Origin: Eledone cirrhosa
Taxonomy: Eukaryota
Assembly (NCBI GenBank): GCA_964016885.1
Contig: OZ024747.1
Span: forward strand, 76,012,001-76,076,000
Length of the DNA: 64,000 nt
Reading direction: 5' to 3'
Within the stretch, counting starts at the first letter, position 1; each line of letters starts with the position of its first letter. A program made the position numbers and the translations under genes. The notes beneath the pieces are model-generated. The model was given only the letters and a program-made list of their open reading frames with translations. It had not been told where the DNA came from and ran no database searches. Of this stretch, positions 42,167-55,520 are shown one piece after another.

Positions 42167-42320
42167 TTCATTATTTCTGAAGACGGCGTATATATGTGTT
42201 GGTATGTATATTTAATCTTGATAGTTTGTATAATTTTGTATAATTTTGTACATAGATCTGTTGAATATACATGCCAATTCTAACACATATATATCCTAGA
42301 AACGATCGTTAAATAATGAA
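42167..42320 (+). ncRNA. Type I hammerhead with very long stem II
   Basis: UUCAUUAUUU-CUGAAGA-[~115 nt, partly self-complementary]-GAAA-C(GAUC)G-UU-AAAUAAUGAA; perfect 10-bp stem I. Confidence 0.75.
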
Positions 42321-42374
42321 CTTTTTTTGTTTAATATAAGGAACTGTTTCATTGTTTTATTCATTATTTGTTTA

Positions 42375-42517
<143 letters not shown>

Positions 42518-42529
42518 TATATATATTAT

Positions 42530-42563
<34 letters not shown>

Positions 42564-42749
42564 ATATAAATTCGTTTTGCACGATTCTTGCTGTGAATAA
42601 GGAACAATAAAGATAAGTGAATATTATATGGTGTCGTTTTCTATTGCCCTTATTGGCAACATCACCATCCTGAAATATAACTTTAGCTATCTATCTATCT
42701 ACCCCTCTCTCTCTCTCTATATATATATATATTTTATTTTTTAATTTTT

Positions 42750-42808
<59 letters not shown>

Positions 42809-42893
42809 GTAGAACACTGGAAGGTAATATCCTTAGTGGTAGAGCACTCTGTCCATGGGACGAGTTAGGTCAAAGCTATTCCGTATAACCATG

Positions 42894-42945
42894 ACCATTA
42901 CGAGCTGAGGATACGCTAAGGTGAAACAATTGTTCTCGGTATGGT
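42894..42945 (+). ncRNA. Type I minimal hammerhead ribozyme
   Basis: ACCAU.UA.CGAG-CUGAGGA-U-AC(GCUAAG)GU-GAAA-C(AAUU)G-UU-CUCG.GU.AUGGU; weak stem II. Confidence 0.72.
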
Positions 42946-43171
42946 GAACTAACTGTTGCGTTACCACTTCTATATATATGGTCCTACTTGTTTGAAACTG
43001 GTAAAATCATTATATATATATATAAATACTTAGGTTAGTAGGAGTTAGGTATTATATACCCGTGTCCCGTTAAGGTATTGGCAGCATAATAATTAGCTTT
43101 ATGCTTTGGAGCAGAGCCGTATATATGAAAAAGAACACAAGAGCGTCTACAACATCAAAAGAGTTTTATTG

Positions 43172-43218
43172 GCTAACAATGTTTCTTCCTTACGTGTAAC
43201 CGTAGGATTCATCAGAGC
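43172..43218 (-). ncRNA. Hammerhead motif in the inverted pseudo-LTR
   Basis: Reverse complement of 46854-46900. Confidence 0.7.
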
Positions 43219-43951
43219 TATAAAAGGGGTTTGATTGGTGTTATGGACTCTACCAACCAAACACCCAAGAACAAAGGGTAGAGAGAGTAAAGAGCAAAAG
43301 TAGGGGACGATAAGTCTAATTTTGGTACGGGAGGGTGGGGTGTTGATCCTTGTTTATTAGCTGCGGTCATATTCATTCCCGGGGGTCGGGTGGTTAGCTG
43401 AACCATAGATGGGGTGGCGCGGGTAGTATGGTGCAGAGGGTGCGCAGATCCTACGCAAACACGAAGGGCGTAGAATACATATATACATATAGCGGAGGAG
43501 AAGGTACATGAGGTAATTAGAAATGGAAGAAGAGTAATAATAATAATCTATAATTAATAGTGTATAATAAGGCATGGGGAAGATTACACTATAATAAGGT
43601 GTAAAGGTAAGAATAAGGTAAAATATAAAGGAGGATAAAAGTGGAAATAATACTAAAGATAAAAAATATATAGAGAATATATAAGGAAATATAAGCGAAT
43701 ATTTGGAGGGGAAAACACAATGTAAAAAAACCGATTTTTTTCAAACAATAATAAAAAATAATAAAAGTAATAAAAATATAATAATTATGGGGGGAGAAAA
43801 CAGGATAGAGAAATATGATCAAGTGTGATTCGTTGAGAGAATATAGGATGATAACAGTTGTGTCCAGTTTATACATCTTAATAATAAATAATAAACAATA
43901 TGTGTATCAGAGTTGCAGAACCTTCAATTCACTTACGGGTTCAAGCCACGT

Positions 43952-44566
43952 ACGAACATTAGGAAAACTAAGGAGGGATTCGAAGCAATTAAAAAGGCAG
44001 TTAACCACCAGCAACCGACTACACTAGAAAATGGGCAACATAATAGCATCAATGAGCCATCTAATGATATAGAGGCACCTAGTGATAATGCGAGTAACCA
44101 AACTTCGGGAGGTAAGCTAACTAATCGAACCCGCAGTTGCAATTGTAGGCGGAGTAGTAACTGTCCCCTAAGGAGGGATTGCCTCACGAAAAACATAGTA
44201 TACGCATGTGACGTAACTACACACAACTCTACCAAAACATATATAGGAGCAACGTCCAATACATTTAAAACTAGATTTAACGCGCATATGTACACATTTA
44301 GACACGACAGACATAAGAATGCCACCTCACTGGCGGGATACATCTCCTTCTTAAAAAATAATAGCACCCCATACAAACTTTTTTGGAGGAAGCTTACTAA
44401 ATCCACGACATACCGATCGCAGAGCGGAAGTTGTGACCTGTGTTTACTGGAATGCCATGCCATAATACACTCTAAACTGAACCTGCTTAACAGGAAATCG
44501 GAAATTTTCTCCTCATGCCAACACAAAATCCTGAGTTCCTTCTTCTATTTTAAACCTAGCACATAG
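43952..44566 (+). pseudogene. Penelope-like GIY-YIG endonuclease domain with Cys-rich linker; RT missing
   Basis: CNCR..NCPL..DCLTKNIVY..TYIGATSNTFKTRFNAH..TSLAGYI..CDLCLLE..LLNRKSEIFSSCQH; frame open, cut at the inversion junction. Confidence 0.9.
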
Positions 44567-46853
44567 ACGTAACATATATCACGCACCCCCCACCTAGACT
44601 ATAGTTTCCCCCCCCAACCCGTTACCTAGATAGATAGGTACCATAAGGGTGGTGCAGTTCCCTACAAGGTTGGTGCTCTTGCGTGTGTGTGTGTGTGTGT
44701 GTGTGTATTCTCCTTTTATCTCTTACGCGCACGCGCACGCAGACAAATGTGTGGGTGTGCGTGCGTGTGTGCATGCATGCACGCATGTGTGCGTGCATTC
44801 TGTGTAAGTATATTGTGTGTACATGTATGTATATATATGTATGTGTATATATATGTATATGCATGTGTGTGTGTGTATATGTATATTGTATGCATGCGTA
44901 TTATATTGTGTGTATGAGTATGTGTGACATGTATGTGAATATATGTATGTAGGCGTATGAGTGGGTGGGTGTAAGTGTATAATGTATGTATGTGTGTATA
45001 TATATATACATACTCTTCTGTAGAAATTCTCTCTATGTGTGCTGTGTGGCATGAATTCCCCCTATAATACTCTTCTCTGAGAGGAGCACGATATGCAGAG
45101 TAACACATATGTATTGTCGAAGTTGAAACTGAGAACCACCACCCCTCCTGCTGACCTGGATGTTTACTGAGGACCAGAACACCATTCTACGCAATATAAG
45201 AGCGAAATGCGCTTGCCGAACTATTGATGACCATAACATCACATTCCAATGTAGTGGCAAAATACAGTGAATGATATGCACGACCAGAACACCACAGCAT
45301 GCATATCCAAACAGCACAGATATGATATCAATGGGGGAATCAACTGAAACTTTTTGGGTTGAAATACATGTGGATATGTGTCTGTGTGTATCGAACACAC
45401 GGACACATAAGGAGGCTCTTGACCTAAATATACCTGTCATGCCTGTCTGAATCCCTAAGGGAACTGTCGGCCAGTTACTGTCTTGACCGATCGTAGTACC
45501 ACTGGGTGAATCATTTGAGTTTTTTGGGTTGAAATACATATAGATATGTGTCTGTGTGTGTCGGACACACATAAACACATAAAAAAGCTGTTATGGCTGC
45601 CTGAATTTTCGGTCAGTTGCTGACTTGACTGATTGACCCCACAATTACTACGTAGCGGTTCTTGCACGTGACTACTGGACCCGGATGAAACAAAGACGAA
45701 GAATTTCCTTCCGTACCGTTTTGTACCACAGATGCGATATCACCCTGCTTCGTTGATGTCCTATCGACACCAAAGTTCAACGTTTGGGCGAATAGATTTG
45801 AATCCTACTACCAACAACATAGCTGGATGACCGATAATCACACCAAACCGGAGTACTGTGATCCTTGTGACTTCTAAATATACAACCAATGACACTGTCA
45901 CGAAGACCAGGAAACCATACTCCATATATTGAACCAATTGATTGATTTGTGCGAACAAAATAACACCAAACACATATTGAACTAGGAATATTGGATCCTC
46001 GGTCAATGTCCGGGTGAGCAAAAATTGACTTCTATCTGCATTGGAATTTACAAACTTGTGCATCTGCTGTGGTGTCAAAAACAAACGCACATGACCGCAC
46101 AGATAAACAATGGACCATGCCACGTGGCTTGAACCCGTAAGTGAATTGAAGGTTCTGCAACTCTGATACACATATTGTTTATTATTTATTATTAAGATGT
46201 ATAAACTGGACACAACTGTTATCATCCTATATTCTCTCAACGAATCACACTTGATCATATTTCTCTATCCTGTTTTCTCCCCCCATAATTATTATATTTT
46301 TATTACTTTTATTATTTTTTATTATTGTTTGAAAAAAATCGGTTTTTTTACATTGTGTTTTCCCCTCCAAATATTCGCTTATATTTCCTTATATATTCTC
46401 TATATATTTTTTATCTTTAGTATTATTTCCACTTTTATCCTCCTTTATATTTTACCTTATTCTTACCTTTACACCTTATTATAGTGTAATCTTCCCCATG
46501 CCTTATTATACACTATTAATTATAGATTATTATTATTACTCTTCTTCCATTTCTAATTACCTCATGTACCTCTCCTCCGCTATATGTATATATGTATTCT
46601 ACGTCCTTCGTGTTTGCGTAGCCTCTGCGCACCCTCTGCACCATACTACCCACGCCACCCCATCTATGGTTCAGCTAACCACCCGACCCCCGGGAATGAA
46701 TATGACCGCAGCTAGTAAACAAGGACCAACACCCCACCCTCCCGCACCAAAATTAGACTTATCGTCCCCTACTTTTGCTCTTTACTCTCTCTACCCTTTG
46801 TTCTTGGGTGTTTGGTTGGTAGAGTCCATAACACCAATCAAACCCCTTTTATA

Positions 46854-46900
46854 GCTCTGATGAATCCTACGGTTACACGTAAGGAAGAAACATTGTTAGC
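46854..46900 (+). ncRNA. Hammerhead motif in the Penelope-like pseudo-LTR
   Basis: GCU-CUGAUGA-A-UCCU.ACG(GUUACA)CGU.A.AGGA-A-GAAA-C(AUU)G-UU-AGC followed by CAAUAAA. Confidence 0.7.
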
Positions 46901-46941
46901 CAATAAAACTCTTTTGATGTTGTAGACGCTCTTGTGTTATT

Positions 46942-46984
<43 letters not shown>

Positions 46985-47436
46985 GATTTTACCAGTTTCA
47001 AACAAGTATATATCAGAGAGTCGCGACCCGACGTCTAGACGCTTATGTGTGTTTATATATTGATATAGACGGATATATATAAAGTTTAACATAACAATGT
47101 CTCACATGAGAGTATTTTTATTGATTAATGTCCAGTTACGTACGTTTCACAGACGATTGTCTCAATGTCCTTCTTTGTGTAATAAACCCAGACCACAAAA
47201 TTACTGGATAAATTATATACATATAGAAATATATATATATATTCTGAGTTAAGAATATATTGGTTTTTTCCCTGGATTTCACAAAACCTGTTGATAAATT
47301 TGTCTTGATTTTTTTTTAATTGAGTTTGAATTATTTTCTCATATCTTACGTTAAATATTTTCCATCTTGACGTTATAGTCACTTATATATTGTGAAAAAC
47401 TGTTGGCTTCTTGCTCACATTAATTTCTCTATTTTC

Positions 47437-47508
<72 letters not shown>

Positions 47509-47720
47509 AGTAAAATAACGGGGTAAAGGACTCACGTATAATCCTATAATTCAATGAGCCCAGAGGAAAGAGTTTTCCTTGGCACTTTAAAATACAATAT
47601 AGAGAGGAAAAACACAGGAGAGTGTTGAAAAACCTACCTCATAACTAGTTATGAGGTAGATTTTTCATTTTAGTATATGCTTTTAATTATTATGTTTCTC
47701 CTACACATCTATTAGCTTAT

Positions 47721-47804
<84 letters not shown>

Positions 47805-48434
47805 TACGTATATATACAAACATGCATACATCATTGAGAATGTCTGGATTAGGATTTTACGTTAAAAGCTACATGCCCACATACTGACAGACACACACAT
47901 AACCATAATGGCAGAGAGACATTTATATTGTGTGAAAAAAAAATGACTGAATTACTCGTTTTATCTTTGATAAAATCTCGCTTGTCCGGGTTTCTGAGTG
48001 AAAGGAATAGATTGGAAGAAAAATTAACACCTAAAGCTTTGATTTATTTATCAGAAATAGATGTTGAACCAGAAACGTTTCGATATATATCGGCAAAGCA
48101 GTCAAGATTTCCAAGGATAATCGCAGCAATTATCAAATGGTTTACTGTTGCGTTCAATCAGCAAATGGGGTCATTTTTTTTTTGCGTAGTAATTCGCTTT
48201 GCCTTAGTAACTATATACATTATAATACTGATAATAATGATAATAATGGTTTCTATTTTAAGCATAAGGAAAGCAATTACGAGGAAGAGAAAGTCGATTA
48301 AATCGACTTTGGTACTTTATTTTATTGGTTGGTCACAGAAAGAAGAAAGGCAAAGGTGAGCGCGGCGGTATTTGAACTCAGAATCTGCTAACCAACCTCC
48401 ATGATAATAGTGGTAATAAAAATTGTTTTACAAT

Positions 48435-48602
48435 AAAACATGGAAACGTTGTGACTTCTTCTGAGAATCTAAAGATGAACGGCTTGACAATACCACAGTG
48501 AGGTTCAGAATGTCAGATGGATCCATAAACAAGGAGAGGACCAGGAGTGCAAAAAATAATTTCCTCATCAGAAGTCTCAGCGTACACCAAATAAATTGCC
48601 CA
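48435..48602 (+). mobile_element. Old R4-like RT fragment
   Basis: Diverged match to ~29800-30002 (GATGAACGGC.TGACAATAC; CCATAAA.AAGGAGAG.ACCAG). Confidence 0.65.
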
Positions 48603-48926
48603 TATCAACTTCTATGTAGTCATTCATCTTGCTAGAAATGACTGCCAATACCGCCTTTAAAGCACATCATCATGTCTTTAATATGAAAGGGAACATAATG
48701 AAGTTTTGTTCCAACCGAAAGGTTGGCTTAATATATATTATTTTAAAGTGTATGATCACCTCTACTTGAGAAATATGTGTATATATGGATGCATGTACGT
48801 ACGTATGTATGAATGTATGCATGTATGTATGTAGGTATATATGTATGTGTGTATGTATGTATGTATGTATGTATGTATGTAGGTAGGTATGTATGTATGT
48901 ATGTATGGATGGATGTGTGTATGTAT

Positions 48927-49315
48927 GTTCTTCTGGTTTTATAATTTCACAAATTTATGCCAATAGAGAGAGAGTCGGTTTCTAACATAGTTACAAGACT
49001 CTCTCATTGGAATTTACACAACATCAACTAGGTAGATATGCATGCATGTGTAGCTATGGATGTTATTGTATGTGTGGATGTGGATGTTTTGAGTTGTATG
49101 TGTGCATGAGTATACACTTTGTATCTATATCAGTTATTAGATGCAACATTTTTGGAATGTTTTACATATTTTTACTGTTCTATTAATAGATTGTACTTGT
49201 AATTTCCTAACTAGTTGTGTTCTTTCTGTTCCTGTGAAGCCCAGCTGCTCAAGATTTGTATTGAGGCAGTTACTAACATATCCCAGTGCCTCAATAATCA
49301 CAGGCATAAATCTGT
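48927..49315 (-). mobile_element. Short 3' fragment of an R4-like element in (CATA)n
   Basis: FMPVIIEALGYV..LEQLGF..LQ..TVKICKTFQK parallels the C-terminus of ORF 30430-31257; (TATG)n on both sides. Confidence 0.75.
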
Positions 49316-49560
49316 GTATGTATGTATGTATGTATGTATGTATGTATGTATGTATGTATGTATGTATGTATGTATGTATGTATGTATGCATGCATGTATG
49401 TAAATAGGGGTATAGTCTTCTGTTGTTTAGAATCCTATATATAAAGCGGTAATATTTACATAGCACATTTACGTAGGATACATTAGATATTTATATATAC
49501 TTTATATATCTTTGTAATACATATATACATACTCATACACACATATATGTGTATTTGATT

Positions 49561-49644
<84 letters not shown>

Positions 49645-49827
49645 ATATATATATATATATATAAAATGGTGTATATATGTAAACATAAACATACAAAAGT
49701 ACGTTCACATATTCATACATATGTTTTATAGGTATGTTTGTTAAAATATACGAGTGAGTGTTATTTTTTCACATACACCCACTACTGACGTGACCTTCAA
49801 CACAAACACACACATATACATACATAC

Positions 49828-49886
<59 letters not shown>

Positions 49887-49910
49887 TGTATGTATGTATG
49901 TATGTATGTA

Positions 49911-49976
<66 letters not shown>

Positions 49977-50142
49977 GAAAGTGTTGTTACTAATTCTGTC
50001 GCTCGCCTATGATATCATTCCGTGTCCCTTAAGAAGTATTTTGATGCTGTACTACTGATTATATTCATATGAATATCTTATATCATGCTGTGAGATACAG
50101 TACTTATGATGATAATGATAACTATGACATCATTCTTACAAC

Positions 50143-50217
<75 letters not shown>

Positions 50218-50280
50218 GTATACATACATACATATATATATATATATACACACGCACACGCACACACACACACATATATA

Positions 50281-50313
<33 letters not shown>

Positions 50314-50491
50314 TTATATAAGTAGAAGGGATATTTAATTTGTTGGAAATTCAACAAATATAAATGTTTATAACTGATTCAGAGCACTCGACAGTTATCT
50401 GGAGTAAATATTCAATGTTGAATTTTCAAAGGAAAATTCAACTGATAAGGTATGTTCCTCGGCAATGTCAAAATTTATAAAACACACTTTG

Positions 50492-50553
50492 TATTTTATC
50501 TGATGAAAGCGTACCAAAGTTTTTGGTACCCTTGAAATATATATAATAGAATA
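50492..50553 (+). ncRNA. Type I hammerhead (family D)
   Basis: UAUUUUAU-CUGAUGA-AAG.C.GUACCAAA..UUUGGUAC.C.CUU-GAAA-UAUAUA-UA-AUAGAAUA. Confidence 0.8.
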
Positions 50554-50605
50554 AATATGGTTTTATTAATATAGTTTCCATTTATGTAATATCATTATAT
50601 ATATA

Positions 50606-50849
50606 TATATAAAGAAAAAGAGATGAAATCGAAAATGCAACTGGAGTCTTATTTTTTTTTAAAATATATATATTTATTTAAAATATATATATTTATTTAT
50701 TTGCGAAACCGGTAAAGGAACCAAATAAATATATATATGTAAAAAAAAAATAAGACTCCAGTTGCATTTTCGATTTCATCTCTTTTTCTTTATACTTTCA
50801 CTCGTGTAGGACACCTCGGTTATTTTTCATTTTGTAAAAAAAACCTCAC

Positions 50850-50857
<8 letters not shown>
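50606..50857 (+). mobile_element. Family C copy with 5' inversion, truncated inside hammerhead stem II
   Basis: 50702-50857 is the reverse complement of family C as seen at 38256; 50606-50700 is the inverted arm. Confidence 0.8.
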
Positions 50858-50896
<39 letters not shown>

Positions 50897-50901
<5 letters not shown>

Positions 50902-50957
50902 TATTATATATATTTCAAGGGTACCAAAATTTTGGTACGCTTTCATCAGATAAAATA
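50897..50957 (-). ncRNA. Type I hammerhead (family D), inverted partner
   Basis: Reverse complement of 50492-50553 except in loop II. Confidence 0.8.
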
Positions 50958-51055
50958 TTTGATATAACCAAGGATAATATACCTTAACAGTTCAAGTTAT
51001 CTCTTGAAATATATATATATATATATATATAGTATAGTATAATGTAATGTAATAT

Positions 51056-51231
51056 AATTGTTTCTACTTTTGGCAATTATCCCAGTGTGTTACTGGTACT
51101 TTATTTTATCGACCCCGTAAGGATGAAAGGCAAAGTTAACCTCGGCGGGATTTGAACTCTGAACATAAAGGGCCATAACTCTTTGCTGCAAAGCATGGTG
51201 TCTGACCCTCTACCGAAACTGCCAATCCACC
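51056..51231 (-). mobile_element. SINE family A
   Basis: Family sequence. Confidence 0.82.
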
Positions 51232-51339
51232 AATATAATATCGACAGTCGATTGACTTTCGTCAAATCGCACCGAGGAAGCAATATTTCCGTTGGTCTTT
51301 CCAATTGCTAGTACTATATATCGGTCGCAACTCCGGGTA

Positions 51340-51420
51340 GAAAGAGCAACGTGAAATAAAGTGTCTTGCTCAAGGAAATAACGCATCGCCCAGGCCGGGT
51401 ATCGAACTCACAACCTCACT
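51340..51420 (-). mobile_element. SINE family B fragment
   Basis: GAGCAACGTGAAATAAAGTGTCTTGCTCAAG..TATCGAACTC. Confidence 0.65.
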
Positions 51421-51459
51421 ATAGTCTCTTATCACCCAGCCACGCGCCTATATATGTAT

Positions 51460-51506
<47 letters not shown>

Positions 51507-51847
51507 TCTTACACACACGCACGTGCACATTCACACAGACACACACATTTAAAATGAAGTGAGCGAGAGAAATATATCTGGAATTAGAAAGATGTTTGTC
51601 ATACAGATGAGAAGGAATACAGCATACAAGCTTGTTGTTGCTTGTATGCATACCTCTGTATATATATTGTCTCTTAGCAACTGCGCGTAAAATATATATA
51701 TGACATATAGCGCAAGACTGGCAACGACGACAGCAGCAATAATACCAATATTAACAACAGCAGCGGTTGCTGGTTTGTATCTTCTGCACGTAGTTTGTTT
51801 ATCTCATACATGTCGCACATAATTACAAACAGACAAACGTAACTCGT

Positions 51848-51881
<34 letters not shown>

Positions 51882-52022
51882 GCTGCTGCTGAGGATGATG
51901 ATGTTGTTGCTGTTGCTCCTACTGCTGTTGTAGCTCTGCTTCTATTACTACTACTATTACTACTGCTGCTATTGCTGATGCTGCTGCTTGCTGCTACTAC
52001 TACTACTGCTGTTACTACTACC

Positions 52023-52096
<74 letters not shown>

Positions 52097-52133
52097 CACC
52101 ACCACCACCACCACCACCACCACCACCACCACC

Positions 52134-52183
<50 letters not shown>
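51848..52183. repeat. (CTA)n/(CCA)n compound microsatellite
   Basis: Direct inspection. Confidence 0.92.
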
Positions 52184-52231
52184 GTATGACAATGAAATTA
52201 ACAATACACCAGCAACAACAACAATAACATC

Positions 52232-53092
52232 AATAATTGTTTCTGGTATTGGAACAAGCCCGGCAATTTGGAAGCAAGAGAGAGTCATTATATTGAATCC
52301 CCGTGACCTAACTGGTACTTTATGTTGTCGACCCCAGAAGAATGAAAGGCAAAGTTGATCTCGGTAGGATTTGAACTTAGAACGTAAAGAGCCGGAACAT
52401 ACAGTGTAAAATATTTTTCTGATGCTCTCCCTATTCTGCCATTCCACTATCCTCCATGATTTATGATTTAGGTACAAAGCGACCGATTTTATATAGAGGG
52501 GAAAATCGATTCAAGTGACACTACTACTTTAGTACTTTATTTTATCGATCACGGAATGATGAAAGGCAAAGTAGACCTCAGCTGGAAACAAGAACTTATA
52601 GAGTCTGCAAGGAAATATTGCAATTAACTTCATCCGGCGCACTAACGATTTAGTCAAACCTCAACCACAAAAATGTTCCTAATTTAAGCACAAGGAGAGC
52701 AATTTCTTGGAAAGGGAGAAGCTGTTTAAACCAGCTATAGTACTTCAATACTACTTTATTCTATCGACCCCGGAAGGATGATGTACAAAGCCAACCTCAC
52801 CCCAAAGGTTTCTACAAAGAAGATTGACGATGAAGTGAAGGAATTGCACAAATAAAATGAAAAGTTATAAAAAATATTGATTTCTGATTCAGGAAAAATG
52901 TCAGTAAATTTAGGGGAGGGCGAAATTGATCAAAGCAACTGAAGTATTTGAATAGTTCTTTATTTTATCGACCCCCGACAGGCGAAATGTTAAGTTAACC
53001 TCAATGGAATTCGAACTCAGAACACCAAGAGCCAGAACAAATACTGCATTGGCAGTTTATCCGACGGTCGACTAATTCTTCCAATCTACCAA
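52232..53092 (-). mobile_element. Head-to-tail run of about four old SINE family A-related copies
   Basis: ACTTTATT.TATCGACC..GAAAGGCAAAG core at ~52315, 52533, 52752 and 52957. Confidence 0.7.
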
Positions 53093-53643
53093 CCTAAAGG
53101 ATATATAACAGATCAAATTCTGTAATAGCTTGAGTACCAAGGACAAGTTTTGTTATCCGGTTTCAGTTTGCTCTCATTCCCGTATTTTTACAGTATGGCC
53201 ATGCTATTATTCCATGCAGGTTGCTTTTAGACACCATTTAACTAGCATATAGAAGAGCATTGCTTTCCGTTCCGACCTTATTCACACTAGAAAATGTTGC
53301 TGAGATCTTGCAGGAGTATTGAAACTGTACTATCACTCATCCGTGTACTTCATACTTTCCCCCTATATCCGCCAAATACGAAAACCACTGCACACCCTTT
53401 CCAAACAAATGGAAGCCGATGTCTTGATCTACACAATGAACTCATCTATTACCAGAGAGTATATCTGGCACTCACAATGATCACGATATCACGACCCGAT
53501 CAAAACCTTTTACAACCTATTCACAATACCTGACAAGTTTTTTAGAATAAAACGAGGTGAAAATATTTTCACTGACACCCGCAGCATTCTCAACGATAAT
53601 AACTAGCTATTAATCTATAAAATACAAGGTGGATAAAACATAA

Positions 53644-53833
53644 GGGCGGTGAATTGGCAGTATCGGTAGAGGGTCAGACGCCATGCTTTGACGCATAGAG
53701 TTACGGCCCTTGCCATTCTGAGTTCAAATCCCGCCTAGGTTAACTTTGCCTTTCATCCTTACGGGGGTACGATAAAATAAAGTACCAGTAATACACTGGG
53801 TGATTGCTGGCATTGTGCCAAAAGTAGAAACAA
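53644..53833 (+). mobile_element. SINE family A with ~21-bp TSD
   Basis: ATTAATCTATAAAA(T/C)ACAAGG upstream (~53609) and downstream (~53833). Confidence 0.88.
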
Positions 53834-55486
53834 TTAATCTATAAAACACAAGGCATGATGCAGAAGGCTATTTTGATAAAGGAGTTTTCCCCTCGCCCAA
53901 CCAACCATTGCTTCCTGTATATCGAATGCCTTTATCAGCTGTTCACAACTCTTCACCTCCTTTCCATATTTTTCTTTACTAAGAAATAACTAGAAGCAAG
54001 GTTTAGAAGCCGCTATAAGCAAATGGTTAGAGGCAAACAGGGGTGGCATTAATGAGAATCTACCCCCACCCACCTCCCACCCTGCCGAAAACAATCAAAC
54101 AAAACAGAAATAAAAACAAAACAAAGATACTCTCTCTATACGCACGAATTTAAAAATAAAATAAAATAAAAGATAGCAATAAAATAATTGATAACATATT
54201 TAAATGAAATATGATGAGAATGTAATAAAGGAACTGATAAAAGAACTGGTGATAACTGTGAATGAGATGACAACAAAAGAGTTAGTAAAGGAATTAAAAT
54301 GAGATAGTAATAAACGAACCGATAAAAGCATTTAAATATTTTATATTGAGGGAAAATGCTAACAATAGGCAAGCTACTTGTAAACACTAAATTTTAAAAA
54401 AAGATCAAGGTCATATTTTGTGGGAGTTAAATGGGAAGCGAGTTTATTTCACAGATGTAAAATTTCAAAATTGGTGTGCTTATTTGATCACCCTTCATGG
54501 AAGTAATGGTAGAAAGGCACTAAATTGACAGCATGTCATCGATGAGAGAGCGTTGAAGTGACAAAGAGAGTTCATCAAAAACAAACGGATGCATACGATA
54601 CTACACACCCCAAAGAGCGCACAGTACATATTTGTAGGAACCAAATAAAATGTGAGCAGTACTCCATGTTTAAATATATCTACCTCAGATCTTCTCCTGG
54701 AGTTGTAGAGGTTTTTCAGGACGCTTATTCAGCAAGTTTATCAACAGAGTCAACCACCAGGTATCTTATGATTAAAATGTCGATCCGACGCTAGTTGCTG
54801 CTGGGGCACACGTCTTGAATGATCAACTCTGGAAAGCCTCAAACATCCACAAATCCCTGGCCACATTAATGATGATGTGTCGCAGTTTAATTTCGAGGAC
54901 GTCTCTCGCAAAATTAAGCTTCCATATACGCCTTTGTTCTGAATTTTTAAAGATACTTTTTCATCCAATTTACTATTCTCCTATCATTAATAAAATTTCC
55001 TGTATAGCAGAACGAATGGTTATGAGTTCCGCTGATAAATTATAAACCGAAGTATATTGAGGAATTCAGCAATGCTATAACAATGAGTATGGGATGAGAG
55101 AAATGTTCCACATTTCCTATAACATGATTCAATTTAATTAAAACTGTGAAGATCATATAAGATATCGACACTGAAATCAGACAATTAGAGAACCATACAA
55201 ATAACTTCTGAGATACAAATGGAACGGATAAGATACAATATACAGAAATATGAAGAATGATAGGAAAGAGTACTAGAGAAAATGGCGGAAATTTGCAGAA
55301 GCGTTAGAATATTGCAGAATATACCTTGTGGGTTTGTGGGTCTTTGAATTATTTCGAAGTCATATTTGTCTCTGGTTCTTTCGGCGACTATGGATAGAGT
55401 GTTTATCTCAGTTAACCTTGCTTTGTATGTTCGGCTCCTTTGTATTTTGAGTTCAAATACCTCCGTAGCCCACCATGATGATGATA

Positions 55487-55520
<34 letters not shown>

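Larger units (their letters stand above)
43025..46952 (+). mobile_element. 5'-truncated Penelope-like element with ~830-bp inverted pseudo-LTR
   Basis: 43120-43951 is the reverse complement of 46122-46952; GIY-YIG ORF inside; hammerhead plus AATAAA in each arm; (TA)n flanks. Confidence 0.88.

Noticed and set aside
43120-46952. Interpretation as a cut-and-paste TIR transposon
   Set aside because: The ORF is a PLE-type GIY-YIG cut at the repeat junction, not a DDE transposase; the arms are asymmetric and contain hammerhead plus AATAAA
47125-47210. Minus-strand GAAAC-GUAC-GUA with a possible stem I partner
   Set aside because: No CUGANGA-like core at the required position; at most a relic
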